The notes under the pieces are model-generated. The model was not told where the DNA came from, did no database searches, and saw nothing but the letters and a program-made list of their open reading frames with translations. From contig JAPULZ010000079.1 in NCBI GenBank assembly GCA_027294455.1, forward strand, positions 10 to 64,009: 64,000 nucleotides of DNA. The letters run 5' to 3'. The DNA comes from Gemmatimonadota bacterium. Lineage in GTDB: Bacteria; Gemmatimonadota; Gemmatimonadetes; Gemmatimonadales; GWC2-71-9. The position numbers and the translations under genes are program-made. Below are positions 38,162 through 45,270 of the stretch, piece after piece. Each line of letters starts with the position of its first letter. Position 1 is the first letter of the stretch.

Positions 38162-39918
38162 GAGCCCCCTCCACGGCTGAGGTCGTCGACGAGTTGCTGG
38201 TATGCGGTGCTGCCTGGTTCCTCGCTCAGGGCCCGGCGTGCCCACTCGAGCGCGTTCAAACGGTCGTTCGATTTGCTAAACGCGATGGCGACGACGTACG
38301 CCGCGGTGGCTTTGTCCTTGGCCGCCATGCCGGTGGCGTTGAAATAGGCCACCGCGGTGTCGCGGACCGCGGCGTGGTCGTTGCTTGCCTCGTCGAGCCG
38401 GAACAACATGTCCAAGAGGTGCTCGTCCGCGCCAGCCGGCACCAACCACGCAGGATTCGTCGGTGTGGGGTCCACGCGCCGGCCAGCGGGGGATCCACCA
38501 TCGCCGGATCGCTCGTCGCCCGCGTTCGGATTTCCGCTGGCGGTCCTTCCGCCTTGGTCCGGGGTGGTTTGTCCCCCGGCCTGCGGGCGTTCCCCTCCCT
38601 CCGGCGAACCTGCGCTCGCTGCGGAATCTGATTCTGTGCCGCTGGTCACATTGTTCGCCAGGGCCAGGCTATCCGGCGGAGCGGCATCGCTCCCGTTGCC
38701 GTTCCCCATCACGACTGTGGCCCCGGCCCCGCCCACCACGAGCGCGCCGACCACCGCGGCAATCGCCCCTACCGAGCGCCTCTTGCGCGGGCCCGGCGCG
38801 GACGCCGGCATCGGCGTCATCGGGGTAGTGGGCGAGGGCGCTTGGCCGGAGATGCGCGTCCTCGGAATCACCGCGGTGCCGTGTGGCCCCACGGCCTCCT
38901 GCGGCGGGTTCCGTTGATGGGTATCGACGAGCTGGGTGGCGCCCGCCGCGTCGAGTGGGGCCGCAGTGGGATCGGCAATGCCCGCCACGGCGTTCACCGC
39001 GTCGCGTCCGAACTCCGCGGCGCTCGCGTACCGGTCCGACGGCATGCGCTGGAGGGCGCGGTCGAGGCTCTGCTGCAAACCTGCCGGGTATGCGCGGCCG
39101 GACCTGGCCTCGTTCAGCTTGAGCGGATCGTCGGTGAGCCGCTTGACCATGATTTCCTGGGCGCTGTCGGCCTGGAAGGGCAGCAGCCCGGTCAGCATCC
39201 GGAAGAACACGAGACCCAGCGAATAGATGTCGCTGCGCCCGTCCACGGGATCACCGGAGAGCTGTTCCGGACTCATGTACTCGGGGGTCCCCACCACGAG
39301 ACCGGTACGCGTGACATTCTGTTTCTCGTCGCCGCCCATCGCCTTGGCGATACCGAAATCGACCACCTTGACCACGTCGCTGCCGTCACGGGCCCTGGCG
39401 ATCATGATGTTGTCGGGTTTGAGATCCCGGTGAACGATGCCCAGCTCGTTCGCGGCTTCGAGGGCCTGGGCGGCTTGTTCGAGAATGTTGGCGGCGCGCT
39501 TGGGCGCCAACGCGCCCTCGCGATTGATGATGTCGATGAGGGCCTCACCCTCGATGAACTCCATGGCGAGGTAGATGACACCGTCGTCGGTCTCGCCGAA
39601 GTCGTAGATCGCGCAGACGCTGGGATGGTTGATGCGGGCGGCGTTGGCGGCCTCACGGTTGAAGCGGGCGATGGCATCCGCGTCCTCGGCCATGGATTTG
39701 GCCATGACCTTGATGGCGCTCTTGCGGCCCATCTTCACGTGCTCGCCGAGATAGACGGTTCCCATCCCGCCCTCGCCGAGTTTGGTCAGGATGCGGTAGG
39801 CGGCCACGACGCCGCCCACCAGGTCGGCCGACGTGGTGGACCGGAGCGAAGCGCCATCGAGCGGGCAGAAGCTTTGATTGTCCGGATATTCTCTTCCGCA
39901 GGTCGTGCAAACTTTCAC
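38158..39918 (-). CDS. Hanks-type Ser/Thr kinase: zinc ribbon, kinase, TM, C-terminal TPR-like helices
   Basis: CTTC...FCPLDG; LGEGGMG, AIK, HRDLKPDN, DFG, GTPEYMSPE; TM VGAIAAVVGALVVGG; ALEWARRAL..EP. Confidence 0.93.
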   Translation of the reverse strand: MKVCTTCGREYPDNQSFCPLDGASLRSTTSADLVGGVVAAYRILTKLGEGGMGTVYLGEHVKMGRKSAIKVMAKSMAEDADAIARFNREAANAARINHPSVCAIYDFGETDDGVIYLAMEFIEGEALIDIINREGALAPKRAANILEQAAQALEAANELGIVHRDLKPDNIMIARARDGSDVVKVVDFGIAKAMGGDEKQNVTRTGLVVGTPEYMSPEQLSGDPVDGRSDIYSLGLVFFRMLTGLLPFQADSAQEIMVKRLTDDPLKLNEARSGRAYPAGLQQSLDRALQRMPSDRYASAAEFGRDAVNAVAGIADPTAAPLDAAGATQLVDTHQRNPPQEAVGPHGTAVIPRTRISGQAPSPTTPMTPMPASAPGPRKRRSVGAIAAVVGALVVGGAGATVVMGNGNGSDAAPPDSLALANNVTSGTESDSAASAGSPEGGERPQAGGQTTPDQGGRTASGNPNAGDERSGDGGSPAGRRVDPTPTNPAWLVPAGADEHLLDMLFRLDEASNDHAAVRDTAVAYFNATGMAAKDKATAAYVVAIAFSKSNDRLNALEWARRALSEEPGSTAYQQLVDDLSRGGGS

Positions 39919-40790
39919 GGCAGATCCACTCGAAGCATCTTGTCTCCTACCAGGATGCGGGAATGCTGGGTCAGCTGGATGCTGCCGCGCACGTTCACCG
40001 CGACACCATTGCGACTGTCGGCATCGATCAGCACGAAGTCCGCGTCGTCCGATTGGATCTGCGCGTGCAATCCGCTCATCGAAGGGTCGTACGAAAAAAT
40101 CCAATCACCCTGATCCCGTCCGATCGTGAGGTTCCTGCCCGGCGACAGGTGCATGACGTCGCGTGCGCTCCCGTCACTGCGGGTTTGCGTGAGGGTTGCG
40201 ATGTCCGCGCTGGGCGTCAGGCTGCCGAGACGCCGGGTTGCGTCCGCTTCCGGAGGATGCGGCCCCGGGTATCCCAGGCGGCGGAATCGGAAAATCTGTG
40301 ACCCTACGAGCACCAGATCACCGTCGGTGAGTTTGTACGGTGCTTCGATGAAGAACCACGTTCCGTTTCGGCTTCCCAGGTCCCGCACCGACAGCACGCC
40401 ATCCTCGAGTATCAGCTCGGCGTGTCGGGGCGACAGGTACCGATCATCCGGGAAATCAATATCGGCTCCGTCGCGGCCGATGGTCGTGGTCTTCGTCACA
40501 ATCGGATGGGTACTCAGCTCCTGCCCGGTTTCGTCGAGGCGGGTGAGGACGATCCCGGTATCGACGGCGGGTGTGTGCATCGAGGACGTACGCCGGTGGG
40601 CCCGGGCGCCGGAGTCGAGCCCGTAACCGCACTCGGGGCAGAACTTGGCATGGGGACCGGCGGCCGAGGAACACTTCGGGCACAAGCGGGAATCCTCGGT
40701 CTTATCCAGCTGGGAGCCGCAGCCGGGGCAATAGGGCAGGCCGGGCGTGAGTCCCGTCTTGCAGATGGGACACTGGGACGCCTCTCTCAT
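39915..40790 (-). CDS. Double zinc ribbon plus two FHA domains (adaptor)
   Basis: CPIC/CPGC/CPKC/CPEC; FHA1 IGR/SPRH/SRNG; FHA2 IGR/SGLH/SRNG; AAGGGG before ATG 40790 (alternative 40823). Confidence 0.9.
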   Translation of the reverse strand: MREASQCPICKTGLTPGLPYCPGCGSQLDKTEDSRLCPKCSSAAGPHAKFCPECGYGLDSGARAHRRTSSMHTPAVDTGIVLTRLDETGQELSTHPIVTKTTTIGRDGADIDFPDDRYLSPRHAELILEDGVLSVRDLGSRNGTWFFIEAPYKLTDGDLVLVGSQIFRFRRLGYPGPHPPEADATRRLGSLTPSADIATLTQTRSDGSARDVMHLSPGRNLTIGRDQGDWIFSYDPSMSGLHAQIQSDDADFVLIDADSRNGVAVNVRGSIQLTQHSRILVGDKMLRVDLP

Positions 40791-40892
40791 TTGCCCCTTG
40801 GGAGCACTGAAAAGCCGGTTCATGGTAAAATCCTGGCAAAGGTCATAGCCCGTCTATATTAATGCTTCGAAACCGGGACGACAAAACACCAC

Positions 40893-42905
40893 TTGACCGC
40901 AGCTTCTTGTTCTAGCGCACCTTCCGCGATCGTGCCGGCCCCCCCCCGAACGAGCCATCCGCCGGGGAGGATCGGCGTATCATCGATGGTCGTGTTCCTC
41001 TGGGGGTGCTCCGCCGGGGTGATGACGCCCCTTTCGCCGCCGGCCCCCGTCAGGGGTCCCCTCGGGATCCAGGTTGCCTATCCCCCGCCGCAGGGGTCCC
41101 CCCTCCCGGTCACCGACGGATCTCTCATCCCAGTCGACTCGCTGTACGTGATCGGCTCGGCGGATTCGGTGTTCATCTACGGGTCGGTGGGCCGGGGAGA
41201 CGCCCGGCTGACGGTGAACGGCCGGGAGGTGCCCGTCTACCCCACGGGCGGGTGGATCGCGTGGCTGGCCGTGCCCGAGGAGTCCGTGGCGCGGTTTCGG
41301 TTGGTGGCCATCGCCGGGGGCGACACGGCCCGGGCCATCTTCGAAGCGCCGATCGCACCCCGCTTTGTCCCGCCTGAGTTGGGGGTCTGGATCGACACCG
41401 CGGCGCTGGCCCCCCGTGGAGACCGCTGGGTGAGGCCGGGCGAGGGGTATGCGTTGAGCGTTCGGGCGGTGCCGGGGGCGAGTGTGCGGGCCATCGGGCC
41501 GGGTGGCGACACCCTGGTGTTCCTGCCGGACTCCGCGGCCTCGCCCCGGGCGTGGGGATCGGAGGCGTTCGACACGGGGCGTCCTGGCACTCCTGTGCCC
41601 CTCCGCGACCGCTACGTGGCGTGGCAAGTCGGAGCCTTCGGCCCCGATCCCGGCCACGTCATGTCCCCCTGGCTGGTTCCGCCGCCGGAGGACTCGGCGT
41701 GGGTCTGGCTCGAGGTGGCCCGGAAGGCGGACACCGCGCGGTACCGCTGGCCTCTACGGGTGGGGGTCATCGAAGGCGGCGTCCCGCCGGTGGTGGTGGT
41801 GGACGACGACACGGCCCTCACCGGAGAGACGGATCGGATCCTCGCCGGCCGGCCGGTACCCTCGGGTACCTATCACTGGTTCTTCCCCAACGGTACGATG
41901 GCGGTGGTGAGCGGCCGTCAGGGCGATCAGGTCCGGCTCCAGCTTTCGAGGCGTAGTGTGGCCTGGGTGGACGCCGTGGGGGTCATACCGCTGCAGCCGG
42001 GAACCCCGCCCCCCGGCGGCGTCGCCCGCTCCATGCGCCTCGTTCCCGGTGCGGGCTGGGTGACGCTCCGGGTGCCCCTTTCCCGGCGGATCCCGTTTCG
42101 GGTGGACGAGGCGGGGCGCCGCCTCGTGGTGCGGCTGTACGGGGTCGCTGCCGACATGGATTGGATCCAGTACGGCGGGACGGATCCCTTCGTCCGGTTG
42201 ATCGAGTTCGGCCAGCCCGCAGGTGACGAAGTCGAGATAACGGTGCACCTGGCGGAATCCGTGTGGGGGTACCGCACCCGATGGGTGGGGAGCGACCTGC
42301 TGCTGGAGATTCGCCGGCCACCCGGGATCGATCCCGGGGCGCCGCTCCGGGGGCGGCGGATCGCCCTCGACCCCGGCCACCCCCCGGGAGGATCCCGCGG
42401 ACCCACCGGAGTGGCGGAGGCCCAGGTGACCCTGGAGGTTGCCCGGAAGCTGCAAACCCTCCTGGAACGAGCGGGGGCGGACGTGGTCATGATCCGGGAC
42501 GGGGTGGCCGCCGTGGGCCTGATCGAGCGCACCACCCGGGCCGAAGCCGCCGATGCCGAGATCCTCGTTTCCATTCACGCCAACGCCGTCCCCGACGGCG
42601 TGAACCCCTTTGTGAACAGCGGGACCAGTGTCTACTACTATCACCCCCGGGCCGCCGAACTGGCCCGGGAAATCAACCGGGGGCTGGTGCGGCATCTGGG
42701 GTTTCGGGACCTGGGCGTGGGACGGGGGGACCTGCATCTCGCCCGTCCCACCTGGATGCCCTCGGTGCTGGTGGAGGGCCTGTTCATCATGCTACCCGAC
42801 CAGGAGGCGGTACTGACCAGCGACGAGGGCCAATGGCGCTACGCCCGCGGGGTACATGAGGGTATAGAACGATTCTTGCTGCGAAGGCTGGAGGAACCCG
42901 GGTAG
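40893..42905 (+). CDS. N-acetylmuramoyl-L-alanine amidase (Amidase_3) with large N-terminal region, possible lipoprotein
   Basis: ALDPGH, AE, SIHANA, VLVEG zinc/catalytic motifs; FLWGC lipobox-like; start uncertain (40893/40932). Confidence 0.9.
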   Translation: MTAASCSSAPSAIVPAPPRTSHPPGRIGVSSMVVFLWGCSAGVMTPLSPPAPVRGPLGIQVAYPPPQGSPLPVTDGSLIPVDSLYVIGSADSVFIYGSVGRGDARLTVNGREVPVYPTGGWIAWLAVPEESVARFRLVAIAGGDTARAIFEAPIAPRFVPPELGVWIDTAALAPRGDRWVRPGEGYALSVRAVPGASVRAIGPGGDTLVFLPDSAASPRAWGSEAFDTGRPGTPVPLRDRYVAWQVGAFGPDPGHVMSPWLVPPPEDSAWVWLEVARKADTARYRWPLRVGVIEGGVPPVVVVDDDTALTGETDRILAGRPVPSGTYHWFFPNGTMAVVSGRQGDQVRLQLSRRSVAWVDAVGVIPLQPGTPPPGGVARSMRLVPGAGWVTLRVPLSRRIPFRVDEAGRRLVVRLYGVAADMDWIQYGGTDPFVRLIEFGQPAGDEVEITVHLAESVWGYRTRWVGSDLLLEIRRPPGIDPGAPLRGRRIALDPGHPPGGSRGPTGVAEAQVTLEVARKLQTLLERAGADVVMIRDGVAAVGLIERTTRAEAADAEILVSIHANAVPDGVNPFVNSGTSVYYYHPRAAELAREINRGLVRHLGFRDLGVGRGDLHLARPTWMPSVLVEGLFIMLPDQEAVLTSDEGQWRYARGVHEGIERFLLRRLEEPG

Positions 42906-43042
42906 GTGGGGCGCGATCTCGTGTGGCGCAGGGCCCGTGACGGTCGTCACACGGGGCCTGCAACCCACGAGGTTGCACCGGTTGGAGCCCGTCGCCACCT
43001 TGGTATGCTGGCTGAAATCCAGTCGGAATCGTCGGAGTCGCT

Positions 43043-44974
43043 ATGTATTGTTCTCGCTGTGGAGTTGAATCCTCAAACGAAACCAACTTCTGTCCGTCCT
43101 GCGGTCTGGATCTGGCGGCGACGACCCCTATCGCCGCCATCCGGGATCGCGGCGCCCCCGGCAAGTCCGAATTCGACATCATCAAGGACGCCCTCAAGTC
43201 CGATTACATAGTCGAGAAGGAACTGGGACGTGGGGGGATGGCCATCGTCTTGCTGGCCCGGGAGGAGGCCCTCGATCGGGAAGTCGCGCTCAAGGTCCTG
43301 CCGTTTTCCCTCTCCCACGACGACGAATTCGTAGAGCGGTTCCAGCGGGAGGCCCGAACGGCGGCCAAGCTCGAACACCCCAGCATCATTCCCATCTATC
43401 GGGTCGGGAAAACCGGCGACGTGATCTACTTCGCCATGAAGCTCCTGCGCGGCGGCTCCCTGGCCGACGTGATCGAGGAGCGCGGGTCGTTGGCCCCCGA
43501 GGAGATTCGCACGCTCATGTCGCAGTGCGCCGGCGCGCTCGGCTATGCCAACCAGCACGGCATCGTGCACCGGGACATCAAACCCGACAACATCATGTAC
43601 ACCGTTCGAGGGGTCCCGGTGCTCACGGACTTCGGCATCGCCAAGGCGGCCTCGGGCACGCGCCTCACGGGCACCGGCATGGCCATCGGGACGCCCTACT
43701 ACATGAGTCCGGAGCAGGCCAGGGCCCAACCTGTCGATGGGCGCAGCGATCTGTACTCGTTGGGGGTCGTGGCGTATCAGTGCCTGGTGGGTTCGGTACC
43801 GTTCGACGGGGAGGATTCCTTCTCCATCGGCTACAAGCACATCATGGAGGAACTCCCGACTCCCAAGTTGGAGACAGCCGAGCAGCGCGCGTTGCTGGAC
43901 ATCATCCGGCGCATGATGGCCAAGGAACCCGATGAACGATTCCAGACCGCCGACGAGCTGATCGCCGTGCTGGGCGGCGCGGTGGATGTCGCCTCCGTGT
44001 CGGCGAGCGGCTCGGGCGTCGCGGAGGCGGCCACCGTGGTCGCTCCTGTCGCCGAGGGGCCCGCCCCGGCGGCCACGGGGCCCAGCACCCCTACCACACC
44101 CATGCCTCGCTCCTCCCTGGACGCGCCGAGGGTCAGGAAGAAGAAGTCTGGCATGCTGGTGGGCGTATCGGCTGCGGTCATCGCGGGAGGCCTCGGTGGC
44201 GGCGGATATTACTATACCGCCGTGATGGGCAGGTCCCTGCCCCTCATCGGAGCCCCGTCAGGGTCGAACGAGATCGTCGTCGCCGGGGACGACTCCACGA
44301 CGGAGCGCGACCCACTGGCCATCCTGGTGGACTCCGTGGCGGTGGATTCTGCTGAGGTCGAGGACACGACCGGGGTCGAGGCCGACAGCGTTGCCGTGGA
44401 GGATACCGCCATGGTGGTGGTCGATCTCCCACCACCCGACGGCTCGCTGGCGCTCATCTTGACTCCCCGGACCTCCAGTATCACCATCGACGGCCGATCG
44501 GTTTCCGGTCTGGACCACATGCTCCCGCCGGGGTCGCATCGCGTAGCCGCCTCGGCGCCGGGGTACGTACCGGTCACCCGCAGCGTGGAGATCACCTCGG
44601 GTCAGCCGACCCGCCTCCGGATCGCGCTGGTCGAAGACGCCCCGCCGCCGCCGGTGAGCCAGTGCACGGACTTCGATCCCGACTCCTACAACCTGAACGG
44701 GGAGTGCTTCGATTCGCGAGCGCGCCCTCGGGAGACGACGCTCGTGCCCCTCACCGAGGAGATCGTCGACGTGCCCTCGATCGCAGTGCTGGCCATCAAG
44801 GTCCGAGCGGACGGCACCGCCGAGACCGTGATCCCCGTGACGCCGTCGGACAACACCGCGTTCACGATTCTGGCCCTCAACTTCGCTCTCGATCTCGACT
44901 ACCAGCCGGCCCAAAAGGACGGGCGGGCCGTGACCGCGTGGACCCAGCAGGTCTTCCACCCCAAAGCGCGCTGA
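43043..44974 (+). CDS. Hanks-type Ser/Thr kinase: zinc ribbon, kinase, TM, PEGA-like and TonB-C-like domains
   Basis: MYCSRCG..FCPSCG; LGRGGMA, ALK, HRDIKPDN, DFG, GTPYYMSPE; ITIDG...LPPGSHRV...APGY; V.ADG...YQPAQKDGRAVTAW. Confidence 0.92.
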   Translation: MYCSRCGVESSNETNFCPSCGLDLAATTPIAAIRDRGAPGKSEFDIIKDALKSDYIVEKELGRGGMAIVLLAREEALDREVALKVLPFSLSHDDEFVERFQREARTAAKLEHPSIIPIYRVGKTGDVIYFAMKLLRGGSLADVIEERGSLAPEEIRTLMSQCAGALGYANQHGIVHRDIKPDNIMYTVRGVPVLTDFGIAKAASGTRLTGTGMAIGTPYYMSPEQARAQPVDGRSDLYSLGVVAYQCLVGSVPFDGEDSFSIGYKHIMEELPTPKLETAEQRALLDIIRRMMAKEPDERFQTADELIAVLGGAVDVASVSASGSGVAEAATVVAPVAEGPAPAATGPSTPTTPMPRSSLDAPRVRKKKSGMLVGVSAAVIAGGLGGGGYYYTAVMGRSLPLIGAPSGSNEIVVAGDDSTTERDPLAILVDSVAVDSAEVEDTTGVEADSVAVEDTAMVVVDLPPPDGSLALILTPRTSSITIDGRSVSGLDHMLPPGSHRVAASAPGYVPVTRSVEITSGQPTRLRIALVEDAPPPPVSQCTDFDPDSYNLNGECFDSRARPRETTLVPLTEEIVDVPSIAVLAIKVRADGTAETVIPVTPSDNTAFTILALNFALDLDYQPAQKDGRAVTAWTQQVFHPKAR

Positions 44975-44975
44975 T

Positions 44976-45089
44976 GTGATCGATCCCCCGGTCTTCATCG
45001 CCCTGGGGGCGGTGGTTCTGGGGGACGTCTCGCTCGGAGCTGTTTCCTGCGTGTCGTACAACGCGGTGGGCCACCGGCCTATGGTATGA
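44976..45089 (+). pseudogene. N-terminal remnant of a gamma-carbonic anhydrase (YrdA/PaaY-like) gene
   Basis: MIDPPVFIALGAVVLGDVSLGAVSCVSYNAV then an unrelated tail and stop; hexapeptide-repeat pattern. Confidence 0.6.
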
Positions 45090-45100
45090 TATGTTTGTGA

Positions 45101-45109
45101 TGTGGATAA
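45101..45109 (-). promoter_or_regulatory. DnaA box upstream of nrdJ
   Basis: TGTGGATAA is the reverse complement of consensus TTATCCACA. Confidence 0.5.
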
Positions 45110-45146
45110 CCATAAGCCCTTGCTTGCCGTGCCCTTTCCGGCGCTC

Positions 45147-45174
45147 TTGCGTGGCCATTTAGCCGAGCTACCTT
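45147..45174 (+). promoter_or_regulatory. Candidate sigma70 promoter of nrdJ
   Basis: TTGCGT-N16-TACCTT. Confidence 0.4.
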
Positions 45175-45270
45175 GTCATCCCGCACCGACGAATCACCCG
45201 CGGACCCATGCGTTCACATAAATTGCCCCGCTCCCTCGAACCGGGCTCAGGCTCTTAAGGAACGTCCGTC

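Noticed and set aside
45205-45230. Possible NrdR box (CACATAAATTG)
   Set aside because: Several mismatches to the palindromic consensus and no tandem partner.
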